DNA from: Anthoceros angustus
Taxonomy: Eukaryota > Plantae > Anthocerotophyta
DNA: 64,000 nucleotides
Direction of reading: 5' to 3'
NCBI GenBank assembly: GCA_010909165.1
Contig: VJWM01000287.1
Location: 1-64,000 of the forward strand
Shown here: in pieces, positions 50,470 through 61,759 of the stretch
How positions within the stretch are numbered: position 1 is the first letter of the stretch
Layout: the number at the start of each line of letters is the position of its first letter
Program-made: the position numbers and the translations under genes
Notes under the pieces: generated by a model
Databases searched by the model: none
The model's input: only the letters and a program-made list of their open reading frames with translations
Told to the model about the DNA's origin: nothing

Positions 50470-51535
50470 GACTAGTTTCGGCGGCGCATATCACATAGTT
50501 TATCCAAGGACAGACAAGGTCTATCTGGTGGCGCATATCACCTAGTCTATCGAAGGACAGTATGATGCACTTAGTCTGTCCAAGGATGACAACGCGTCCA
50601 TCTATAGTCTATAGTATGATACACTTAGTCTATCCAAGGATGACAACACGTCTATCTAGGACCGTTCCGACGGTGCATATCACGTAGTCTGTATGATGCA
50701 CCTAGTCTCTCCAAGGATAATAGCACGTCTATCGAAGGACTGTTCCGGCGGCGCATATCACGTAGTCTCTATGTGATGTACGTCTCTATGATGTACCTAG
50801 TCTATCCAAGGATGACAGCACGTCTATCTAAGGGGACTGTTCCGGCGGCGCATATCACGTAGTCTCTATGATGTACGTCTCTATGATGTACCTAGTCTAT
50901 CCAAGGATGACAGCACGTCTATCTAAGGACTGTTCCGGCGGCGCATATCACGTAGTCTGTATGATGCACCTAGTCTCTATGATGTACGTCTCTATGATGT
51001 ACCTAGTCTATCCAAGGATGACAGCACGTCTATCTAAGGACTGTTCCGGCGGCGCATATCACGTAGTCTGTATGATGCACCTAGTCTATCCAAGGATGAC
51101 AGCACGTCTATCTGAAAACTGTTCCGGCGGCGCATATCACGTAGTCTCTATGATGCACCTAGTCTATCTAAGGATGACAACATGTCTATCTAAGGACTGT
51201 TCCGGTAGTGCATATCACGTAGTCTAGTCTGTATGATGCACGTAGTCTATCTAAGGATGACAGCACGTCTATTTAAGGACTGTTCTGGCTGGGCATATTA
51301 CGTGTTCTTCTGGCGGGGCATATCACGTAGTCTCTGTATGATATGTACGACCACGTAGTCTATCTAGGATTGTTGCGGCGCATATCCTATAGTTTGTATG
51401 ACACATATCTCATAGTTTGAGGACTGTTCCAAAACCACATATCATGTGTCTATCTAAGGAGTGTTCCGGCGGTACATGTTATGTAGTAGGTAGTATGCAT
51501 GATGCATATCACTTAGTCTATCTAAAGATTGTTGT
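50470..51535. repeat. 78-bp modular satellite
   Basis: Unit ggcgcatatcacgtagtctgtatgatgcacctagtctatccaaggatgacagcacgtctatctaaggactgttccggc; degenerate at both edges. Confidence 0.95.
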
Positions 51536-51819
51536 GGATTAATCAGCTCGTAGAGATTGTTCATTCACTATACCCTCTTAGACTTGGAGGAAATGTATGA
51601 CATGATAGAAATATTTCAAGTTGTCAACCCTATTAGACTTCTTAGAAATGTCAGACAAGATAAATTAATCCAATTTATAGTGTTATGAGGTGTATAATTA
51701 ACCATCTAGTTGTTCAGTAGTATGCGACCCTCAAGGTCTCCTGTTTTCCCGTGGTAGATGGGCTCACCCCATCTCTCCCCACCCCATTGATAAAGTTGCA
51801 TCTGGGTTTTCTGAAGCGA

Positions 51820-54800
51820 GGTTTCGGGTCCCGGCTGCAACTTGCCAGCGCCAGCTTGAGGGCACTGCCCCGTTTCAGCTGTATACATATGTGTGTACGT
51901 GCGCTCGGTGATGTGGGGCCGAGTGCGGACGCCGCACAGGGAGGGAGCAAGGGCACTGCGGGGCAGAGCCTGTGAGATACAGTCTGTATGCGATCGAACA
52001 GTCACGTCGCCATCAGGGCCCTCCGCTGCAGCCTGCTCGTGTGGCGTCCCAAACTGAAACGGGCCGGCGCCACGGTGCGCCAGGCACGGCCTAATTTTTG
52101 CTACCCCTGCACATGGCTTGGAAACGCATCATTAAACGGCTTTGGGGTTAGAGATATCGGACTGGCGCTGTCGCCATCACGCAGCTGGTGCTGCTTGAGA
52201 AGGGTTTAAGCTGGCCCAGATGGTGTTCCAGACTCACCAGCACTCATCTCAGGCTTGCTTCAGCAACGAGGTATGTACGTTCATACCGCCCTCAAAGTTG
52301 TTGCAGCTCTGGCCCAAGGGCCAGAGTGCAAGCTTCTGGTCAATTGGTGGTGGTAGCTGCTCGGACCTCGGTGATGGGCCTACTGGTACTTTTCTTATGG
52401 ACGTTGCAGGACATAGCTAGCTGGTAATGCTCTGGTGCTCTACTCTGTCATGGCATACGCTACTGACCAGTACTGTTTGATGTTGTAACTGGTACATTTG
52501 AAGTTGAACTGATGGTGCAAGTCCATAGATGCCCTCTCCACTAAGCAAACGTGGTCCATAGTTAGTCTGCAGAGCTTGCACAGTTGTCACGTCACCAATG
52601 ACCACTGTGCAGTCTGCATCCCACCTTGTTGCCCTCTTGGTATCCATTTTCAGGGCCTGCAACTGGTGGAAATCTCAGCCATGGTATGTCCGGCGATCCA
52701 CTCCAAATCAGAAGGTGCTCATGTCTTACTGTGTCATTTGTTGCCTTACAAGTATCAATGACGCGGATGCAAGGATGATGGTGAACCTGTGATAGATGCT
52801 GCACACCTCCTTGCTTTCTCGATGGTCGGGGCGTCTCTTAAACCTAGCTATGAATTCTTGTTAAACCTCCTTTTCTCATCCCACATTGGCGAGCGGAAAC
52901 CCACCATGACGAACACAGTGTGAAAGAAGTAGAGACGGGAAGGGAACTACTGGAGCGTCTGTTACACCGTAAAAAGGTGAAGTGTTGTAATGTGCCAGGT
53001 GACTACTCCTCACATGCCAAGAATTCAGTCCCTGCAGATTGTGAGGTGGAACGTCCGCGGTCTGGGTGTATACGTGAAAGGAACGCCAAGTGCAGAAGCT
53101 ACACCTATTCCAGATTGGGGTGAAGGGGGGAGCTGGGGACCTGCTTCCCTACCCGTCCATGTCCAGCTCCAGCTACTGTAGCTTCCTGCATGAAAATGTC
53201 CCGAACATCAGCTCAGCGGGCAGAGGCCCCACCCTTAGCAAAAGGAATTGCAGCTGGGCTGGGTGATGAGGCAACCTGTGGGATGGGTGCCACAGAAGCA
53301 CCTACAGCAGTGTTTCCCCACCTTTCTTCGTATTCACCACTTGCCATCCATCCTCCGCTTCAGCAGGAGGAAGTGGTTTGGGAGAATGCCCCGTTCGTTT
53401 CAGGGACACCACTTGAGATAGAAAAGCCGTACAACCAGGTACAGTGATGCAGTCAGGCCTGCATAGGTTGCCATCCGAGTTCCAAGCACGTTGCTCTAGT
53501 GCCCAAAGTCACATAACTGTCAGCCCTGGAGGAATTTTAGCCTGGGCATGGAGAGAATCTTAAAAAACCATTGGTGAGGAAGCCCAAAAGGGAAGGCATC
53601 ATCTACCTCAGAAATCTCCTGAAGTATAGGAAAGCCGTGCCTTCATGTGTGGTCAAGGTCAAGCCCAAGATCCCGGATTTCGGCAGCCGTGCCTCGTAAG
53701 AAATATTTTTGCCCTGCCTTGAAGTCAAGTAGCTCTTGCTGTGGTAGGAGGGGGCCCGGAAGCGACCCTGCCCTCGGCTGCAGTAGAAACGCTTTCGCGG
53801 AAGCCAGCTTGAGTGACAAGGGTTTGGAATGGGAGCAGCTTGATACGGCCCTGCGGCATATCCGACAGCAGCTTTGTCTTTCCAAAACACACCTGAAACA
53901 CCTTGCCGAAATCTGGGTTCCTGGGCTTGAGCTTGAGCTGGGAAGCATGTATTAGGTGACATGCATGCAGTCGGGTGTTCCGGCTGAGAACAGCTTGCCC
54001 TGTGGATTCCCGCTGAGACCACCCCACCAGCTTGCGCTGACCAAGGCTGGGCACCCTCGGCCGGCCGCATTTTCGCCGCGCATTACGGTGGAAACGGATT
54101 TGGAAATGCGGCCGCATTTCCACCGCACCACACAGGAATTTCGAGCCGCAAGCATCGAACATGGGAACAACGTGGCATGAAAGGATCACAGCTGGGTTTG
54201 GGCTTCTTCTCTGTGTCTCTGTGTAAGGTCTCTGGGACCCGGACGGGCCGTTGCAGCTATGTCCCTGCTCTTGCACAATGTCTGAGCAGCGTGCTCACGG
54301 GTAGCGAGCTAAGCAGTCAGGGCCCTCGCAGTTCGCGTGGCCATGCATGGCGGCATGTCCGTCCTTAGTGGACTTCAAAACAATTTGCTTGTTTGTTCGT
54401 TTGTTTGGCCTCGCCAACGGAACCGGGCCGGCGCCCCAGCTCGCCAAGCACGGCCTAGTTTTTGCTGACGACTGCACATGGCGTGGAACCGCATCATTTT
54501 AACTGGTTTGGGATTGGTGACATCGGGCTTGAGCCGTCCCATGTGTCCGCGCGTGAGACCGGAAAGAACCTCAGAATTCTGAGACCTCGGCGGGCCGATT
54601 GCAACTTGCCAGCTTGAAGGCACTGCTGCAGCTAAGTACATACGTGCTCTTGCACATGTTTGAGTAGCATGCTCACGGGGAGAGAGCTAGGGCACAGTGG
54701 AGCAGAGCTTGTGAGATATCCCAATTGAACAGTCGCGTAGCCATCAGGGCCCCGCTCGCAGCTCCTGTGGCCTCGCGAACGGGAAGGGGCCCGCGCCACG

Positions 54801-55790
54801 GCCGCCAGGGACGGCCTAGGTTTTTCTCACCACTGCACATGGATTGGAAACGCATCACTATTGAACAGCTTTGGGATTAGAGACGTCGGACTGGCGCTGT
54901 CGCCATCACGTAGCTGGTGCTGGTGCAGGACGTTTAAACTGCCCAGACGGCGTTGAAGACTCACCAGCACTTATCTTAGGCCAGCTTAATCAAGGAGGTC
55001 CTTTCGCACGGCCCTTACAGTTGTTGCAGCTCTGGTCCCTGGGCCAATTCGTCATGTTGTGCATCTGATGGACTGAGTGGAACCTCTACTCAGAGTGGGT
55101 TCACCCATCAACATTTCACCAGAAGTTTCCACTGTGGAAGCTTCTGGTCAAGTTGTGGTGGTAGCTGCTCGGACCTGGGTTCAGTCCTCGGACAGATTCG
55201 GGCCAACTGGTACTTTTTCTAGGGTTGGAGGACGTAGCTAGCTGGAAATGCTCTGGTTCTCTACTCTGTCATACACGATGATCAATAGAGTGTGAGCATA
55301 ATACTGACCAGTACTGCGTGATGTTGTAACTGGTTTATTGAAGTTGAACAAATGGTGCAAGCCCATAGATGCCCTCTTTACTGAGCAAACGTGGTCCATG
55401 ATTAGTGTGCAGAGCTTGCACAATTGTCACGAATGAGCACTCTGCAGTCTCGCGCTGTCGCCATCTGAGAGTGTAGGCTTCTGGTTAAGTGGTGGTAGCT
55501 GCTCAGCCCCGGGTTCAGTCAGACAGATAAAGACCAGCAAATACTTTTGTTGTTATGGTTGGAGGACATGGCTAGCAGGTAATGCTCTGGTGCTCTACCC
55601 TGTCGTGGACGATGATCGATAGGGCATGAGCGTCATACTGACCAGTGCTGTTTGATGTTGTACGTAGCTTGCACATTTGAACTGATGGCGCTTTTGTTTA
55701 TTAGTCAAGAATCACAACCTATAAACATCGAAAGAGATGGAAAGGGAAGGGTTATACTGGAGCTCCTGTGACACTGTAAAGGTGGTGTAC
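51820..55790. repeat. Old diverged local duplications (51820-53000 similar to 54590-55790, with sub-repeats)
   Basis: Shared blocks gcaacttgccagc, gccatcagggccc, ggactggcgctgtcgccatcacg, and gctctggtgctctac (three times). Confidence 0.8.
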
Positions 55791-56896
55791 GTTTGCAAGT
55801 TTGCAAGTTTGTGAATCACAACCTTTGGAATGGCTTTCCGGGGAAATCCACAGGAAACAGCCGAGGAGCCAATTAAAAGCCACGGCAGACTTCAACTAGG
55901 AAGGCGAGGAATGATAGAATCATGGAACCATCACCCATTCCCCACCACTTAACAAGGCGATTGAGCTGTGAGTAGATCAGATCTGGGCAACCAATTATCT
56001 GAACACAATCATGAATGGAAGGGTATGAACAGTTCTCAAACCAAACTGTGGGACAAGTCTCATTTGATCTCTCGGCGTTTTCTCTTAGCTGAGATGAACC
56101 TTGAGGAATAATACCCAGCAGAGAAGGGCTTCCACGTAACAGAGCCTTTGTGACCACATCCTGCCAGAAGCAGGGTTTGGTCACGGCCGGCTGTAAAGAC
56201 TCGCAGGGTTAAAAAAGCAACTTAAAAAGTGAGATCAGGAAAGTAGCTTGTATGCCAAACCGTGCAAAATCAAGAGGGACTGATGTCACTCACAAATGGG
56301 AGTAAACGAGGTAACAAGCACTCCTTTTTGCCTTGTCAACCTGCTTCCTTCCGCCCCAAATCAATCTTCAGATGGGAGCACATCAAAGCAGAAGGCGGAA
56401 ACAGACCCCTGATGCTAATCACATGTAAAGATGAGTTAGCAATCCAAAATCAAGATAATCAGCTGCAATTGGTGATGAGCCAGGTGAGAGACATAAAAGA
56501 CTGGACAATCCCCTCCAAGACTCCAAAGGCTCTCCCAGTGGCATACCCAGGATGTCCTCTGCTTGTGCTGCTCCAAAACGAACGGTCAGGGTCATGAAGA
56601 GAAACTGCTTAGAAGATGCAGCAGGGTAAACAGAGAGAATGCCCAAAAAATGCCAGCTGCCTTTATTCTCCGCCTCTGCATGTTTCCTCACTGAGGCACT
56701 GAGATTGGACAATCGGATAAAACCCGTTGACTACAAAAATTGACCTAATGGCAGGTCTGAGTACACGAGAAGGAACTGCAAGAATAGAGGATACACCACA
56801 GCTACAGAGGCGTAGGTGAAAACCGACTACAGCAAAAGCCCTGTCTGCCCAGCTGAGAAGACAGGAATAGGTGCACACCACCGAATGCCCACAGCC

Positions 56897-57352
56897 TCAC
56901 ATCTCCGCTTCCTTGTGGGTCTCAATCACCAAATCCGAAATCGGATAGGCAATGCAGGTGAGCACGTAGCCCTCAGCTTTCTGGTCGTCGTCCAGGAAGG
57001 AGCCGTCGCTCTGGTCCACCTCCCCCTGCTTTATCTTTCCGACGCAGGAGCAGCAAGCGCCCGCCCGGCAGGAGTAGGGCAGGTCCAACCCCGCCTCCTC
57101 CGCGATGTCCAGCAGGTAGACATCGTCCGGGGCCTGGACCACCTTGGGCCCAGCTGGTGTGACGAAGGTCACGCTGTAGGAAGCCATGCATGTCACACGG
57201 CTGCCCCCAGACTTGAGCCCGAACGCCTTCCGGAGCCCCAAACCCGAGCTGCTGCCCACGGCAGCTGCTGCATGCGGCTTCATGCACCCGGAGGAGGCCA
57301 GGGAGGTAGATGCCCCCGCAGCCACCTTCTGGAGCGCCGCAGCCGCCGCCAT
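56897..57352 (-). CDS. petF: Chloroplast [2Fe-2S] ferredoxin precursor
   Basis: Ala/Ser-rich transit peptide ending RVTCMA; [20 protein letters not shown]...[20 protein letters not shown]; no intron. Confidence 0.97.
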   Translation of the reverse strand: MAAAAALQKVAAGASTSLASSGCMKPHAAAAVGSSSGLGLRKAFGLKSGGSRVTCMASYSVTFVTPAGPKVVQAPDDVYLLDIAEEAGLDLPYSCRAGACCSCVGKIKQGEVDQSDGSFLDDDQKAEGYVLTCIAYPISDLVIETHKEAEM

Positions 57353-57807
57353 CGCTGAGCAGGACGCCGTACGCAAGCTCTGGATCTTCACAGAAGCGCG
57401 GATTTGTGTCAGCCCCTAGGGCTTAAGTAGACTGGAGAAGGGACTGCGAGTGAGAGCGGGAAGAAGCAAAGGAGCCTAGCGATGCTCACACACAGCCGTT
57501 CCTCGGAGGTGGCGGTGCGGACGCGGCGAAGCTTTGCCTCCTGGTGGTTGAATGCGCCAAGGGCGAGATGCTTCCGGAGAGCACCAGCGGCCGCACCAGA
57601 TCCGACTATTCCTCACGTGGTCTCCTGTGACAAGTGTACCGGTGAACGGTGAGCCCACACCGACCCGGTTAACGGAACGGAGAGTAACCTATCATAACGG
57701 AACGTTAGGGTAAGTCCTCGTTTGCTTTCCTGCATTGCATATGCAAAAAATTTCCGGATTCCCAGAGCCGCTCAGATTTCCAGTTATGATCTTGTGACAC
57801 TTGGTTC

Positions 57808-59651
57808 TCAGCTGAGAGGCAGCAGCTGCAGCCATCTTCCCAGGCTGGGGACTCCCTGATGCAGCAGGAACATGATATAGAAGCCAGCCGGGGCGACCAT
57901 GGTGTTGGGTGGGGTGAGCACATCCAGCTGGTAGCCCAGGTCTCCCCCCATCTGCAAGCTGCCCGAGAGCTGCAGCAGCCTCTGGTTCATGGAGAAAGAG
58001 TGCGTGGAGAGGGGAGGGGCGTAGAGCACCACCTGCACTTCTGTGAAGCTGCGGAGGGGAAGCATGGTGGTGAAGGCCACCCGGAATGTGGAGCTGTAGG
58101 ACACCTGTGTCGGGGACAGGAGGGTGATGTTGGGCCTGGCAGAATCGAATGCTGGGCTCAGGTAAGGGGGACTGAATGCTTCCATCCGGAGCTCGGTGGG
58201 GTATAGCACGTTGGTGAAGACGTACTTCTCATTAGGATTGCTGCCTCCAACAAGCACTCTCCCATCAGGGAGGAGCACAGCCGAGGAGTGGTATAGCCGT
58301 GGGATGGTTGTGCTTGCCAGAGTCTCAAATCTGCAAAAACGTTCCACCAAGACAGATCTGTATGAGATATAAGCACAAACTTTTAAGACATGAACATTCC
58401 TCAGAGTCTTCATTCAATCATGAGAAGAAGAAGAAGTGTGACTTGTGCTACCTACCTGAAGTAGAGTTGATTGTCGGGATGGTACAGAAAGGGAGCAAGG
58501 GATGGGTTTCGCCCCAGCCCCCATCCGGCACTTCCCCTCTCACAGCCATTGATGATGAGAACGTCCCCGGAAGGCAGCAGGATCATGTCAGCCATGACCC
58601 TGGGAGTGGGCATGGCCTCCATGACCCACAAAGGCTCCGGGTCTGTGATTCTCAGCCTCCCGCAGTTCTGCGAAGCAGAGAGGAATATGCCGGACTGGGC
58701 AGCAGCGGTGGCTCCCTGGGGAGCCCCTCCACACACCATGATCTCCACTGCTTGAAACCCATCTTCATACGAAAGGGGGAGCATGACCGAGGACCCGGAC
58801 GAGGGGTAATTCCTGGACTCAAACCCGGGGAGCCTGGGGAACCTCTTGAGCACAGTGTTGTTGGTGTAGTTGAAGAGGATGGAGTCCTGGTTAGCGAAGA
58901 CGAAGAGGTTGCCATCAGGGCAAAGGTGCAGAAAGGGATACAAATTCTGCGCGGCAGAATTGGTTCCGAACGTCTGGCTGAGGAAGGAGAAAGTGTAGAG
59001 CTCCTGCGCCTGCGCTCTCGGCACGAACTCGTAGCTGAACTGCCCCCTCCCGCCCACCACGATGAGGCGGTCGTCCGGCAGAATCTGGTCCGTGGCGTAC
59101 CATCTGGGCACCTGGAGCAGCGACACATTGGGCGGGGACTCGTTCCAGTCGCAGGTCTTGTCCGAGCAGGGCACGAACCATCGCACGACCCGGGTGCCGT
59201 CCCCGTCCCCCCCCGTTTGCACGAACGTCCCGTCCGCCTTCACCGCCCCCGACGAGCACCAGGTGTCGGTCAGGATCTCCAGCGGGCGGATGGAGCTGTC
59301 CGAGATGGTGTACTCCACGGAGTGCGCAAAGCAGTCCACCGTGAGCGCCTGGTCGTTGGGGTCGTGTCGGCATCGCCCGTCCGGGAGGCTGATGTTGGAC
59401 GGTCCGAAGTCGGTGCGGTCGAAGATGAGGACCGTGTTCTGGTGCGTGACAAGCATGTGCATCGCGGAGACCCCCGCATTCTGCACCACCACCTCCCAGC
59501 TCCCGGCGCCCTGCTGCGCCCCCGCCAGCCCGGGCTCCAACAGGAGAAGCTGGAGGATCCGGAGCAGGAAGCATACGACGCCCAATCTGCACCCGATCCG
59601 ATCCCGCCCCCTCCCCGTCATTCTGCCTCCTCCGACTCCCGATCCCTCCAT
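57808..59651 (-). CDS. GLOX: Glyoxal/aldehyde oxidase (copper radical oxidase, AA5_1), 2 exons
   Basis: Exons 59651-58456 and 58330-57808; the 125-nt GT-AG intron joins in frame (YFR/FET). Signal peptide, WCSSG, RWY, RLYHS and THS are all present. Confidence 0.96.
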
Positions 59652-61048
59652 CCCTAACCCCGCCCTACCCCAGGCCCCCGATCGGCCTCCTGCACCGCCC
59701 ACCTCCGAGGCGACGAGATCTGTCCGACCCCAGCTGCTGATGCAGGAAGGGCAGCATCAACTGTTCCGTTCACAGGGCCCACATTCTTGACATGTCACGC
59801 GCGGTGGTGGTGGGGACGACAGTGGTCCACCCGCGGTCAGGAATTCCCGGCTCCTCCTGGCCAGCAGCATCCCGATCCCGACCCTCTGATGCGAACGAAC
59901 ATCACGACGCCCATCCGGGACACCTCCACATGCAGCGATGGGTAACACGGCCTTGCGGGCCTGAGGACGAGGCTAGCAGCTGGCAACCGTGGGCAGCAAG
60001 CTCCAGCCTTCCAGACTTCTGCTGGCAGCGGCGTTGCTTAATCAGCGGCCGAGGATGACACTGTACAGAACAGAAGAAGCCGTTGTCGCCATGGCCCGGG
60101 AAGGAATCCTAGGGGGGGGCTCAGTCACCGTGACGGGCAAGGCAACACCGGTACCGGCCAGAGGTCACAGCGACGAGGAGCCCGGCCCCGCAGGCTCCAC
60201 CGTGCACAGACGTCCACGAGCGGAAAGCATGGAGAAGCCATGTCCGAGAGGATGAGGGCGGGCAAGCCATGGCCGGCGTGAGCAGGACGGGAACAAGGAC
60301 AGGGGTATGAATGTTGGGCAGCAGCTTCTCTTCTCTGCCGGAGCGCAAGAGCCTGGCTTCTGGATTCTGACCCACCGAGAGAGAGAGAGAGAGGTGGCGG
60401 AGCGTCTCCACTCTCCTGCCCGTCTCTTCTCCTGCAGACTGTTGTGCATTTGAAATTGAGTTGGGAGGATGAGGCCGATTTGCTTGAGCTTCCCGTCCGC
60501 AACGGCAACGGCAACGGGCGAGTTGCGGGCGGGACAGGTGGCGTGTTGCGGGGCGTGACGCCGCGGAAGCGGAATCCAGGATCCCAGGATCCCAGGATTC
60601 CACGATTCCAGGCAGAGCCCTGGAAGGGGCCAGGGACGTCGGGAACGACGAACGACACAGGGTCTGTGACCGGGCCCGCATGTCGGAGTATGGAGAGCGT
60701 CCGACTCCGGCCCCGGCTCCGGCCTGGCATGAAAGGGGCCCGGGCCCAGGAGTCCAGGTCCCGGGACTCGAGTCACTCTTTGTCGCGTTGCCTTCACGCA
60801 CACGCCAAGCCACACGCACGCTTCCCGACCACCATTTTCAACGGCTACTCCATCCCTGTACGACCCACCCTAAATGCGCCAATTTGTGGGGTGGGGTGTC
60901 TTGGACCATGTGATCATCATGGCCAACCAATCGCTGCAACCAATGTGACTTATGTACATATGTACCGAGATGTGGCTATGTCGTCACAACCCGCAAAGAA
61001 TTAATTACTAGAAAAATTATAAATCAATGACTTCCGCATGTGCTCCGA

Positions 61049-61121
61049 CGGGGCGTAGCTCAATCGGTAGAGCGTGCGCTTTGCATGCGCAAGGTGCCGG
61101 GATCGGAACCCGGCGCCTCCA
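61049..61121 (+). tRNA. trnA-UGC: tRNA-Ala(TGC), variant or pseudogene
   Basis: Full cloverleaf with G3:U70, anticodon TGC and discriminator A, but C1:C72 mismatch and G at position 58. Confidence 0.85.
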
Positions 61122-61200
61122 GTGAGGGAGTGATGTATCAAAATCGCAGGAGCTACTGGTGCACACGAAGTAATAAGGCACATAACACGAGGCCGGCGCA

Positions 61201-61350
61201 AATGGTTTTGCCTTCGGCATCCCATATGTCATGGGGCCATGTGCGAGTGAATGGTTTTGCAAATGGTTTTGCCTTCGGCATCCCATATGTCATGGGGCCA
61301 TGTGCGAGTGAATGGTTTTGCCTTCGGCATCCCATATGTCATGGGGCCAT
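61201..61350 (+). repeat. 49-bp tandem repeat, ~3 copies
   Basis: aatggttttgccttcggcatcccatatgtcatggggccatgtgcgagtg. Confidence 0.95.
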
Positions 61351-61759
61351 GCCCACTCGCACCCGCTGCACATGTCCACACCATCCCGCACACGTTACAG
61401 TTGGACGGCATCAGCTTGCCGCGCCCGTTTGGACGCCCGCTCCCTTACACGCCGTCCCCATGTTGTGCCAGGGTACACTTATGCTAGGGGGGATTAGTTT
61501 TGTTTCGAAACATCAAAGACCCTTACTTGCTATCGCTTGCGCCCGCCTCCAGTCGATGGACTCAAGGGGCCCGGGATTGAGACAGAAAGGAGGTCTCGTG
61601 CACAATGGCAGTGTGATCCAGTTTGCAGCGCCTGCACAATGGTAGTGTATGGTTGTGCATTCACGCAGCCTTTCCACCATTCACGCAGCCTTAACCCTTT
61701 GGGGAGAAAGCTTACTCCCGTCAAATTCTTGGCTGATGTTTGGTGTCTAGTTTCACAGC

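Noticed and set aside
51670-51712. Helitron 3' end (CTAG|T) after the satellite
   Set aside because: No convincing GC-rich hairpin upstream and no matching 5' end.
55290-55425. Sec23/24-like zinc finger (CKLC...WACTIC) on the minus strand
   Set aside because: It needs the same frameshift in both copies, and the 52.5-kb copy lacks the last Cys.
58299-59790. Long + strand ORFs (452 aa, 242 aa)
   Set aside because: Antisense shadows of the GC-rich GLOX coding sequence.
61122-61205. Dicistronic tRNA-snoRNA
   Set aside because: Only an imperfect box C (GTGATGT) and no box D CTGA.
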